From Stellaceae bacterium (GTDB taxonomy: Bacteria; Pseudomonadota; Alphaproteobacteria; ATCC43930; CGMCC-115725): a stretch of DNA of 64,000 nt. Below, piece after piece: positions 46,791 to 57,619 of this stretch. The translations under genes were made by a program, and so were the position numbers. The notes under the pieces were generated by a model, which saw only the letters and a list, made by a program, of their open reading frames with translations, was not told the origin of the DNA and ran no database searches. The stretch spans positions 6,523-70,522 of the forward strand of contig DATAUV010000115.1 in assembly GCA_036268075.1 (NCBI GenBank). Direction: 5' to 3'. The stretch's first letter is position 1, and the number at the start of each line of letters is the position of its first letter.

Positions 46791-47600
46791 CTAGCGCCGA
46801 CTGCGCGAGGGCTGCGGCGCCAGCGACGGCTCGCTCGCCCCGGACCGGCGGCCGCCCGCGCGGCGGGCCAGGAACGGCGCCAGCAGCTCGTGCGCCGGCG
46901 CGGCGGCGTCCCGGTCGCGCAGCACACGCGCGCAGAATTCGCTGTGCCGCACCGCCTCGACCTGGCGCCCGCAGCCCCCGAGGATCGAGACCAGGAGGCC
47001 ATGCGCGTCGAGGCGGAATTCGTCGAGCGCCACGACCCGCCGCGCGGTCGCCACGGCGGCGTCGAACTCGCCGACGTCGAGCTGGCTCAGCGCGACCCGG
47101 CGCATCGTCTCGGCCGCGATCTCGGCGAGGCGGATGCGCTCGACCGCGAGCCATTCGTCGAAACCCGGCGCGACGGTCGCCACATTCTCCAACAGCTCAC
47201 CGCGATAGAGCGCGGCGCAGCGGCCGAGCTCGCAGCGATCGCGCGAGCCGGCCAAGACCTGGAATTGCACGGCGTCGATCGTCACGCCGTCGCGCATGAG
47301 GCTCAGCATTCCGCGCGACAGCCGCACCAGGTTGCACCCGGTCTGGCGGCGGATCACGTCCAGAGTCTGCCGCAGCCCATACCCGTCCTGCCCGCCATCG
47401 AGGCCGCCCCAGATCATCTCGACCGCGACCTCGCGCGGCAGCGCCAGCTCGGGGTGCAGCGCCATCAGCGCGATCAGGGCCTGGGCCTTGCGCGGCAGCG
47501 GCAGGCAATAGCGCCCGTCGACCCGCATCCCGAACGGCCCCAGCAAACTCAGCGAGATCGGTATGCTCTCGGTCTTCATCGGGCTCCCCTCGGCAGGCAT
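46791..47600 (-). CDS. SARP/BTAD-family transcriptional regulator (winged helix + bacterial transcriptional activator domain)
   Basis: ISLSLLGPFGMRVDGRYCLPLPRKAQALIALMAL... followed by IDAVQF...LYRGELLENV...FDEWLAVERIRL...DAHGLLVSIL. Start codon uncertain (47600 or 47579). Confidence 0.65.
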   Translation of the reverse strand: MPAEGSPMKTESIPISLSLLGPFGMRVDGRYCLPLPRKAQALIALMALHPELALPREVAVEMIWGGLDGGQDGYGLRQTLDVIRRQTGCNLVRLSRGMLSLMRDGVTIDAVQFQVLAGSRDRCELGRCAALYRGELLENVATVAPGFDEWLAVERIRLAEIAAETMRRVALSQLDVGEFDAAVATARRVVALDEFRLDAHGLLVSILGGCGRQVEAVRHSEFCARVLRDRDAAAPAHELLAPFLARRAGGRRSGASEPSLAPQPSRSRR

Positions 47601-47897
47601 GGCGCTTTTCGCCTGGAGGTAGGTGGTTCGCCGCGGAGGGCCGATCAGAGGCGAATTTGCATGACTGGCGTCCTCTTTCCGCACGTTGCGCATAACGGCC
47701 GACGCCCAGCCGATCGCGACGCCACGGCAGATTTCTATCCGTAAGCTTTTGTATTCACCGAATTTATGCATGGACCCAAGACCGCGCCGCAAATTCGGTC
47801 ATGGTCGCCTACCCGTATCCATCGCATATCAACAGCCCCGCTTTGCCGCGCTTTGGCCTAAGCTGGGCGCCGCGATCGCAGAGTTCGGGAGCAGGGC

Positions 47898-48677
47898 ATG
47901 AGCGAATACGAGACGATCCTCGTCGAGCGGCGCGGGGCGGTCGGCCTCGTCACGTTGAACCGGCCCAAAGCGCTCAACGCGCTCAGCGCGGCCTTGATCC
48001 GCGACCTCAACGGCGCGTTCGACGAGCTCGAGCCCGATCCCGATATCGGCGCGATCGTCGTCGCCGGCAACGAGCGCGCCTTCGCCGCCGGCGCCGACAT
48101 CAAGGAAATGGCCGGCAAGACCTACATGGAGGCCTATGCCGAAGACTTCATCACCAGCGGGTGGGAGCGGGTCGCCCAGTGCCGCAAGCCGGTGATCGCC
48201 GCGGTACAGGGTGTCGCGCTCGGCGGCGGCTGCGAGATCGCGATGATGTGCGACATTGTCATCGCCGCCGAGACGGCGCGGTTCGGCCAGCCCGAAATCC
48301 TGCTCGGCGTGATCCCCGGCGCCGGCGGCACGCAGCGCCTGCCCCGCTTTATCGGCAAGGCCAAGGCGATGGATCTGTGCCTGACCGGCCGGATGATGGA
48401 CGCCGCCGAGGCCGAGCGCGCCGGCCTCGTCTCTCGCATCGTGCCGGCCGACAAGCTCATGGACGAGGCGATGGCCGTCGCCGCCCGCATCGCCGAGATG
48501 TCCCGCCCGATCGCGATGATGGCGAAGGAGTCGGTCAACCGCGCCTTCGAGACGACGCTCGCCGAGGGCGTGCGGTTCGAGCGCCGGCTGTTCCACTCGA
48601 CCTTCGCCACCGAAGACCAGAAGGAGGGCATGGCCGCCTTTGTTTCCAAGCGCAAGCCGGCGTTCAAGAACCGGTGA
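47898..48677 (+). CDS. Enoyl-CoA hydratase (crotonase family)
   Basis: [41 protein letters not shown]. Confidence 0.88.
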   Translation: MSEYETILVERRGAVGLVTLNRPKALNALSAALIRDLNGAFDELEPDPDIGAIVVAGNERAFAAGADIKEMAGKTYMEAYAEDFITSGWERVAQCRKPVIAAVQGVALGGGCEIAMMCDIVIAAETARFGQPEILLGVIPGAGGTQRLPRFIGKAKAMDLCLTGRMMDAAEAERAGLVSRIVPADKLMDEAMAVAARIAEMSRPIAMMAKESVNRAFETTLAEGVRFERRLFHSTFATEDQKEGMAAFVSKRKPAFKNR

Positions 48678-48725
48678 CCGGAGGGTGCGTCTCGGACGCG
48701 CAGGGCATCTTTGCGGCCCTTGCGG

Positions 48726-48754
48726 TTGACGCTTGAGCGCCGTGCCGATATAAG
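48726..48754 (+). promoter_or_regulatory. Sigma70-like promoter TTGACG-17-TATAAG for rpsT
   Basis: ttgacg(48726-48731), 17-nt spacer, tataag(48749-48754). 30 nt upstream of the rpsT ATG. Confidence 0.5.
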
Positions 48755-48783
48755 CCCCCTCCACCTGATCGCCACGAGTTCCG

Positions 48784-49044
48784 ATGCCTCATCATAAATC
48801 GGCTGAAAAACGGCTTCGCCAGACCGAAACCCGCACCGCAGTCAACCGGGCACGGTTGAGCCGTGTGCGTACCTTTGTCAAAAAGGTCGAAACGGCGATC
48901 GCGACCGGCGACAAGACAGTCGCCCAGTCGGCGCTTCAGGAGGCCCAGCCCGAGCTGCATCGTGCTACCACCAAGGGCGTCATGCACCGTAATACGGTGG
49001 CCCGCAAACTTTCGCGATTAGCAGCCCAGATCAATGCCTTATAG
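48784..49044 (+). CDS. rpsT: 30S ribosomal protein S20
   Basis: [17 protein letters not shown]...[16 protein letters not shown]. Confidence 0.93.
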   Translation: MPHHKSAEKRLRQTETRTAVNRARLSRVRTFVKKVETAIATGDKTVAQSALQEAQPELHRATTKGVMHRNTVARKLSRLAAQINAL

Positions 49045-49405
49045 GCGGGCTTTGCAGCGCGCGGTTTAAACGCGCAACAGCTCTGTAACAACCTGGTGTG
49101 GCTTTCGTAACCAGATTGCAAAAAATACAGATGTTCGTGTTCTATTCTGGTTGCACCGATTCGCGCATCTAACCTAAAGTCTCAAGAAGGCGCAGGGGAA
49201 ATCACCCCAAACGCCTGTAGTTCAAAGATGTTCACATAATATCCGCAGCATTTTTGCGGCTGTCGTAAAAAACGATGGCCGCAGCAGGGGGAAATTGCTG
49301 CCTATTTCCTGAAAGAACATGACCTGTTGCCGAAGCAGTCTTTTGAGTATTGCTTCGATATTCAAGAACATTAGTTCAACAGTTATGTACATTTAGGGGG
49401 ATCGG
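49045..49405. promoter_or_regulatory. AT-rich dnaA upstream region with DnaA-box-like sites and a repeated ATGTTC/GAACAT motif
   Basis: The only extended AT-rich tract in the window. AGATGTTC at 49129 and 49226, AAGAACAT at 49313 and 49364. 7/9 DnaA-box matches ATATCCGCA (49239) and TTATGTACA (49383). Confidence 0.5.
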
Positions 49406-50836
49406 GTGGCAGCCAAAGCGACCGCAATTGCACAGACGAGCGCCGTTTCGGAGGCCGTGGTGGAAGATTGGACCCGCGTTCTAAGGCGCCTTCGCGACGA
49501 GCTCGGTGAGACCGCGTTCCGCTCCTGGTTCCAAGAAATCCATGTCGAGAGGGTCGAAAGCGGCGAGGGGGTGATCTCGCTGCCGACGCGGTTTCTGCGC
49601 AATTGGGTTGCGACGCATTACGCGGATAAGCTGCTGGCGGCCTGGCGCGCCGAAAACCCGGCGGTGCGGCGGCTGACGATCGTCGTCGATCCCCACTCGG
49701 CCGTCCCTGCCCGGGCCACCGCCAGCGCCGCGGCGCCCGCCGACACCACCCTTGCCGCGCCCATGCCGGTCTCCGAGATCGGCGAGGACCGCGCCCAGCT
49801 CTCGGCGCCGCTCGACCCGCGCTTCACCTTTGCCAATTTCGTCGTGGGCAAGCCCAACGAGCTTGCCAATGCGGCAGCCCGGCGGGTGGCGGAGGCGTTC
49901 AGCGCGCCGGCCCATTCGGTGCCGTTCAACCCGCTCTTCCTTTACGGCGGGGTGGGGCTCGGCAAGACGCATCTGATGCACGCGATCGCCTGGCACGTCC
50001 GCACCCACGCGCCGAAGCGCAAGGTGATCTATCTCAGCGCCGAAAAATTCATGTACCAGTTCATCCGGGCGCTGCGCTTTCGCTCGACGATGGACTTCAA
50101 GGAGCAGTTCCGCTCGGTCGACCTGCTGATGATCGATGACGTCCAGTTCATCAGCGGCAAGGACTCGACCCAGGAAGAGTTCTTCCACACCTTCAACGCG
50201 CTCGTCGACCAGAACCGCCAGATCGTCATTTCCGCCGACAAATCGCCCTCCGACCTCGAAGGGCTCGAGGAGCGGATGCGGTCGCGGCTCGGCTGGGGCC
50301 TCGTCGCCGATCTGCACCCCACGACCTACGAGCTGCGCCTCGGCATCCTCCATGCCAAGGCCGAGGCGTCGGGCGCGAAGGTGCCGGACAAGGTGCTCGA
50401 ATTCCTCGCCCACAAGATCAGCTCGAACATCCGCGAGCTCGAAGGCGCGCTCAACCGCATCACCGCGCACACGCAGCTCGTCGGCCGCGACATCACGCTC
50501 GAAAGCGCGCACGAGCTGCTGCACGACCTCCTGCGCGCCAACGAGCGCCACGTCACGATCGACGAGATCCAGAAAAAGGTCGCCGAGCACTTCAACATCA
50601 AGATGGCCGAGATGACCTCGGCCCGCCGCGCCCGTATCGTCGCCCGCCCGCGCCAGGTCGCGATGTACCTGGCCAAGCAGCTCACGCCGCGCTCGCTCCC
50701 TGAAATTGGCCGCAAATTCGGCGGCCGCGACCACACCACGGTCATGCATGCCTGCCGGAAGATCGAGGAGCTGACCGCCGCCGACCGCGCGCTCGGCGAG
50801 GACGTGGAGCTCCTCCGGCGGATGCTGCTGAGCTGA
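49406..50836 (+). CDS. dnaA: Chromosomal replication initiator DnaA
   Basis: [17 protein letters not shown] (Walker A), IDDVQF, C-terminal DNA-binding domain ([30 protein letters not shown]). GTG start. Confidence 0.95.
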   Translation: MAAKATAIAQTSAVSEAVVEDWTRVLRRLRDELGETAFRSWFQEIHVERVESGEGVISLPTRFLRNWVATHYADKLLAAWRAENPAVRRLTIVVDPHSAVPARATASAAAPADTTLAAPMPVSEIGEDRAQLSAPLDPRFTFANFVVGKPNELANAAARRVAEAFSAPAHSVPFNPLFLYGGVGLGKTHLMHAIAWHVRTHAPKRKVIYLSAEKFMYQFIRALRFRSTMDFKEQFRSVDLLMIDDVQFISGKDSTQEEFFHTFNALVDQNRQIVISADKSPSDLEGLEERMRSRLGWGLVADLHPTTYELRLGILHAKAEASGAKVPDKVLEFLAHKISSNIRELEGALNRITAHTQLVGRDITLESAHELLHDLLRANERHVTIDEIQKKVAEHFNIKMAEMTSARRARIVARPRQVAMYLAKQLTPRSLPEIGRKFGGRDHTTVMHACRKIEELTAADRALGEDVELLRRMLLS

Positions 50837-50842
50837 AAAAGT

Positions 50843-50916
50843 GATGGGCTTCGCTCCGCTCAGCCCATCCTACGAGGACGCCGCCGTAGGATGGGCTGAG
50901 CGCAGCGAAGCCCATC
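50843..50916. repeat. REP-like palindrome, family B, between dnaA and dnaN
   Basis: gatgggcttcgctccgctcagcccatcctacg...cgtaggatgggctgagcgcagcgaagcccatc. Confidence 0.85.
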
Positions 50917-51052
50917 ATTTCCTCTCCAAACGCAGACCCTAGTCCCCGCCCGTTCCATGCTATAATGCGGCCCCGGTTGCGAGCCCGGCCGACGCCTTGC
51001 CGGGTCCGCCGCGGGCGCGTTGTCACCCACACCCGAAACGAATGCAGCAGCC

Positions 51053-52171
51053 ATGAAGCTCACCATCGAAAGAGCGGCGCTACTCAAGGCGCTGAGCCAT
51101 GTGCAGAGCGTCGTCGAGCGCCGCACGACGATCCCCATACTGTCGAACGTGCTGCTGTGGACCGACGGCGGCAACCTGTCCCTCAGCGCCACCGACATGG
51201 ATCTGGAGATCGTCGAGCGGGTGCCCGGGCGAATCGAACGCAACGGGCGCACCACCGCCTCGGCGCACACGCTTTACGACATTGTCCGCAAGCTGCGCGA
51301 AGGCGCTCAGGTCGAGCTCGAAGCCATCGCCGACCGCAACGAGATGGTGCTGCGCTCGGGTCGTTCCACCTTCACCCTCGCGTGCCTGCCGCCGGAGGAT
51401 TATCCGGTCATGTCGGCCGGCGAATTGCCGCACTCCTTCGCGCTCTCGGCGGCCGAGATGCGCAGCCTCATCGACCGTACCCGCTTTGCGATCTCGACCG
51501 AGGAGACGCGCTACTACCTCAACGGCATCTATCTGCACGCGACCAAGGCCAACGAGGTGCCGGTGATCCGCGCCGTCGCGACCGACGGCCACCGCCTCGC
51601 GCGCGTCGAGATGACCGCGCCCGAGGGCGCCGCCGGGATGCCCGGCGTCATCATCCCGCGCAAGACCGTGCTGGAGCTGCGGAAGCTGGTCGACGAGGGC
51701 GACGACGAGATCCAGGTGTCGCTCGGCGAAACCAAGATCAGATGCTCGATCGGCGAAGCGTCGCTGACCTCAAAGCTGATCGACGGCACCTTCCCCGATT
51801 ACGACCGGGTGATCCCGTCGGGCAACGACAAGATCCTCGACGTCGAGTGCAAGCCGTTCGCCGAGGCGGTCGACCGCGTCGCGACAATCTCGACCGAGCG
51901 CAGCCGTGCCGTGAAACTGACGATCGAGCGCGGCGCCCTCACCGTCTCCGCGGCGAGCCCGGAAAACGGCACCGCGGTCGAGGAAATCGAGGCGCGCTAT
52001 CAGGCCAACCCCATCGAAATCGGGTTCAATTCCCGCTACTTGCTAGACATCACCGAGCAGATCGGCGGCGAGTATGCCCAGTTCGTGCTGGCCGATGCCG
52101 GGTCGCCGACGATCGTGCGCGACAGCAACGACGCGAGCGCCCTCTACGTGCTGATGCCGATGCGGGTGTAA
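51053..52171 (+). CDS. dnaN: DNA polymerase III beta sliding clamp
   Basis: MKLTIERAALLKALSHVQSVVERRTTIPILSNVLL...YVLMPMRV. Confidence 0.93.
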   Translation: MKLTIERAALLKALSHVQSVVERRTTIPILSNVLLWTDGGNLSLSATDMDLEIVERVPGRIERNGRTTASAHTLYDIVRKLREGAQVELEAIADRNEMVLRSGRSTFTLACLPPEDYPVMSAGELPHSFALSAAEMRSLIDRTRFAISTEETRYYLNGIYLHATKANEVPVIRAVATDGHRLARVEMTAPEGAAGMPGVIIPRKTVLELRKLVDEGDDEIQVSLGETKIRCSIGEASLTSKLIDGTFPDYDRVIPSGNDKILDVECKPFAEAVDRVATISTERSRAVKLTIERGALTVSAASPENGTAVEEIEARYQANPIEIGFNSRYLLDITEQIGGEYAQFVLADAGSPTIVRDSNDASALYVLMPMRV

Positions 52172-52193
52172 TTCCGGTTTCCCCCACCGGAAT
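52171..52193 (+). terminator. Perfect 8-bp hairpin immediately after the dnaN stop (no U-tract)
   Basis: attccggt-ttccccc-accggaat. Confidence 0.3.
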
Positions 52194-52242
52194 CGCGCCC
52201 GTCGAGGTGGAAAATCAGGTATTTCAAACCCATATATCGGTA

Positions 52243-53427
52243 ATGCTGATTCCGGCTCAGGACCAGGAGAGCGCGGGTGCGGTGGGGGTGCTGTCCCGTC
52301 CCGGCGATCGGGTCGGGGTCACCCGCCTCGCGCTGACGGATTTCCGCAATTACGGCACGGCGCGGCTCGATTTGGACACCGGTCCCGTCGTGCTGACCGG
52401 CCCCAACGGCGCCGGCAAGACCAATCTGCTCGAAGCCGTCTCGTTCCTGTCGCCCGGCCGGGGCTTGCGCAACGCCAAGCTGAGCGAGATCGACCGCCAT
52501 GGCGCCGATAACGGGTGGGCCGTCGCCGCGACCGCCGAGACCCGCCGCGGCCCGGTGCGGATCGGCACCGGCCGCGAGGAAGCCACCGGCGAGCGCCGCA
52601 TCGTCCGCATCGACGGCGAGCCCGCGAAAACCCAGGCGTCCCTGGTCGAACGCCTCGGCCTGATCTGGCTGACCCCGCAGATGGACCGCCTCTTTATCGA
52701 AGGCCCCGGCGCGCGCCGACGCCTGCTCGACCGGCTGGTCTTCGGCCTCGACCCGGCGCATGCGAGCCGCGTCGCCGGCTACGAGCAGGCCTTGCGCGAA
52801 CGCTCGCGCCTTTTGCGCGACGGGCCCGCCGACGCGACGTGGATTTGCGCGCTCGAAGCCGTGATGGCCGAGCAAGGCGCCGCCGTCGCCGCCGGCCGCC
52901 GCGATGCGGTCGAGCAGCTCGACGAAGCTTGCGCCGAGGCCGAAGGACCCTTTCCGCACGCCCGCCTCAGCCTCAACGGCACGCTCGAAACCTGGCTTGG
53001 TCAGATGCCGGCGCTCGCGGTCGAGGACAGGTTCAAATCCGCCCTCGCGGCCAACCGCCCGGCCGACGCCGCCGCCGGCGGGGCGACGGTCGGGCCGCAC
53101 CGTTCCGACCTCGCGGTCACGCATCGGGAGAAATCGGTCCCGGCCGAGCAGGCCTCGACCGGCGAGCAGAAGGCGCTGTTGATCGCGATCCTGCTCGCGC
53201 ACGCCAAATTGCAGCGGGCAATCCGCGGCGAGCCGCCGATCCTCTTATTCGACGAGGTTGCCGCGCATCTCGACCGCGCGCGGCGCGCGGCCCTCTTCGA
53301 CATCGTCGCCTCGCTCGAAAGCCAGGCCTGGCTCACCGGCACCGACCCCGAGCTGTTCTTTCCCCTGCGCGGCGCGGCCCGTTTTCTGACGGTCCACGAC
53401 GGCGCCCTCACCGAAACCGCCCCCTGA
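52243..53427 (+). CDS. recF: DNA replication and repair protein RecF
   Basis: LTDFRNYG...LTGPNGAGKTNLLEAVSFL (Walker A) and SLST/ABC-like signature region. Start codon uncertain. Confidence 0.88.
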   Translation: MLIPAQDQESAGAVGVLSRPGDRVGVTRLALTDFRNYGTARLDLDTGPVVLTGPNGAGKTNLLEAVSFLSPGRGLRNAKLSEIDRHGADNGWAVAATAETRRGPVRIGTGREEATGERRIVRIDGEPAKTQASLVERLGLIWLTPQMDRLFIEGPGARRRLLDRLVFGLDPAHASRVAGYEQALRERSRLLRDGPADATWICALEAVMAEQGAAVAAGRRDAVEQLDEACAEAEGPFPHARLSLNGTLETWLGQMPALAVEDRFKSALAANRPADAAAGGATVGPHRSDLAVTHREKSVPAEQASTGEQKALLIAILLAHAKLQRAIRGEPPILLFDEVAAHLDRARRAALFDIVASLESQAWLTGTDPELFFPLRGAARFLTVHDGALTETAP

Positions 53428-55938
<2,511 letters not shown>

Positions 55939-55953
55939 CGGCCCCGCTCCGGC

Positions 55954-56352
55954 GTGAGGAAACGACGGCAGCCCGACCCCGAGCCGCTTCCCGAGCACCG
56001 CGCGCTCGCCGAAGCATGGCTCCGCTATAATGCGGGCAAGCCGAACGAGAAAAACCCGGAGGCCGGGGCCGGCGACCGGCTGATTGATTTGCTCTTCCGC
56101 GACCCGGAAGCCGCCTGGCAGGTCATCGACCTGATCTGGCGCCAGGCCCCGGACGACCGCACCCTCGCCGATATCGCCGCCGGCCCGGTCGAAAGCCTCC
56201 TCGCACACCACGGCGAGGTTTTTATCGACCGCATCTACCTCCTCGCCCGGCGCGAACCCGTCTTCCGCAAGATGCTCGGCGCCGTCTGGCGCAACAGCAT
56301 GTCAGAGCCCGTGTGGCAGAAGCTGAAATCGATCGCGGGGCCGAATTTCTAA
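55954..56352 (+). CDS. Hypothetical helical protein (possibly DUF6869-like)
   Basis: 132-aa ORF with GTG start 16 nt after gyrB. Non-artefactual composition (W/I/F/K-containing). Converges on yoeB with overlapping stops. No motif recognised with certainty. Confidence 0.45.
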   Translation: MRKRRQPDPEPLPEHRALAEAWLRYNAGKPNEKNPEAGAGDRLIDLLFRDPEAAWQVIDLIWRQAPDDRTLADIAAGPVESLLAHHGEVFIDRIYLLARREPVFRKMLGAVWRNSMSEPVWQKLKSIAGPNF

Positions 56353-56624
56353 GGCCGGCGATAGTGGTAGCGGCAGGCGACGATCACCACCGACAAATCC
56401 TCGTCCAAGCCGACAATTCTGTACACCAGCCGATGCTCGCGGGTAATTCGTCGCGACCACCACCCGTCGAAGTCGCGCCATAGCGGTTCCGGGCTTCCGA
56501 CCCCGGTGTATGGGTCGCGGCTAATCTCGGCGATCAGAGCATTGATACGCTGGACGACATCCGCATCAGTCGCTTGCCAGTGGAGATAGTCGGACCAGGC
56601 GTCTCGATCCCAGACTACCCTCAC
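56349..56624 (-). CDS. yoeB: YoeB/Txe-family toxin
   Basis: WDRDAWSDYLHWQ...INALIAEISRDPYTGVGSPEPL......WSRRITREHRLVYRI. GTGA overlap with yefM. Confidence 0.88.
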   Translation of the reverse strand: MRVVWDRDAWSDYLHWQATDADVVQRINALIAEISRDPYTGVGSPEPLWRDFDGWWSRRITREHRLVYRIVGLDEDLSVVIVACRYHYRRP

Positions 56625-56872
56625 TTGATCAGATCATGCTCGACGAGACGGCCCGCATTCGCCTCGGCAATTGAATGCAGAAGACGCTCGGCATTCGCCG
56701 GGCTCGCGAGAAGATGGAGCGTCTCCTCAAGTCCTTCATATTCCGAGAGGGACAGCATAACGACAGGCGGGCCGTTCTGGCGGGTCACGAGCAGCGGCGC
56801 CCGATCATCGCAGACACGATCCATATGTACCTTCAACTTCTGTCGCAGCTCGGAGTATGACACGACGTCCAT
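56621..56872 (-). CDS. yefM: YefM/Phd-family antitoxin
   Basis: MDVVSYSELRQKLKVHMDRVCDDRAPLLVTRQNGPPVVMLSLSEYEGLEETLHLL. Confidence 0.88.
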   Translation of the reverse strand: MDVVSYSELRQKLKVHMDRVCDDRAPLLVTRQNGPPVVMLSLSEYEGLEETLHLLASPANAERLLHSIAEANAGRLVEHDLIK

Positions 56873-56887
56873 CGGGACCTCCTAGTT

Positions 56888-56905
56888 GGTACACATATCT
56901 GTACA
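56888..56905. promoter_or_regulatory. yefM-yoeB operator: GGTACA and TGTACA hexamers, 12 bp centre-to-centre
   Basis: ggtacacatatctgtaca, 16-33 nt upstream of the yefM ATG on the minus strand. There it sits between TTGACG (-35-like) and AGGAGG (RBS). Confidence 0.6.
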
Positions 56906-56934
56906 AACGGGCCTGCCGTCAAGCGAGGAACGCC

Positions 56935-57618
56935 ATGCCGACCATCAAAACCGCCCTCATCGTCGGCGCCTCACGCGGCCTCGGGCTGGGCCTGGTGACC
57001 GAGCTCAAATCCCGCGGCTGGTCCGTCGTCGGCACGGCGCGCGACGAGGCCGGGGCGCGGCGGGTGGAGGCGGCGGGGGCTCGGGCCGAGCGGGTCGATA
57101 CGGCGGATGCCGCGTCGGTCGCGGCGCTGTCGCAGCGTCTCGCGGACGAGGCGTTCGACCTTGTCTTCGTCAATGCCGGGATCAAGGGGGCGCAGCATCA
57201 GGACCCGGCGCGGACCACGGCTGCCGAGATCGCGGAGCTGTTCACGATCAACTCGGTGGCGCCGGTCGCGATCGCCCGCACGTTTCTCGATCGGATGCGC
57301 GAGGGGGGCGGGGTTATCGCCTTTATGAGCTCGGACCTCGGCAGCGTCACGCGCACCACCGACGGCTACATCCCGCTGTACCGCGCCAGCAAGGCAGCGC
57401 TGAATTCGCTGATCCGCAGCTTTGCCGCGGAGCTCGGCGGGCGGCGGATGACGGTGCTGGCGATCCATCCCGGGTGGGTCAGGACCGACATGGGCGGCGA
57501 ACATGCGCCGGTCGGCATCGCCGAAAGCGTCAAAGGCGTTGTCGATGTGCTGGAGAGCCGAGCGGGCACGCTGCGGCACGGTTTTGTCGATTACAACGGC
57601 CGCGAACTCGCCTGGTAG
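56935..57618 (+). CDS. Short-chain dehydrogenase/reductase (SDR)
   Basis: ALIVGASRGLGLG (TGxxxGxG-type) and YRASKAALN (YxxxK). Confidence 0.85.
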   Translation: MPTIKTALIVGASRGLGLGLVTELKSRGWSVVGTARDEAGARRVEAAGARAERVDTADAASVAALSQRLADEAFDLVFVNAGIKGAQHQDPARTTAAEIAELFTINSVAPVAIARTFLDRMREGGGVIAFMSSDLGSVTRTTDGYIPLYRASKAALNSLIRSFAAELGGRRMTVLAIHPGWVRTDMGGEHAPVGIAESVKGVVDVLESRAGTLRHGFVDYNGRELAW

Positions 57619-57619
57619 C

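Noticed and set aside
49045-49405. Calling the dnaA-proximal AT-rich region oriC outright.
   Set aside because: There are only two weak (7/9) DnaA-box matches. I see no clear CtrA or IHF sites and no gene-orientation switch at this point. Many alphaproteobacteria have oriC away from dnaA. It is kept as a hypothesis in the findings, not as a feature call.
50965-53427. 820-aa ORF that appears to span dnaN and recF. Likewise 4181..7192, 12216..14231, 27532..29787 and 41490..43271 carry long N-terminal extensions.
   Set aside because: Only the C-terminal parts (recF, murJ, miaB, truB, coaBC) match real proteins. The upstream parts overlap other well-supported genes in different frames or strands and have artefact-like composition. 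Starts were moved to internal start codons.
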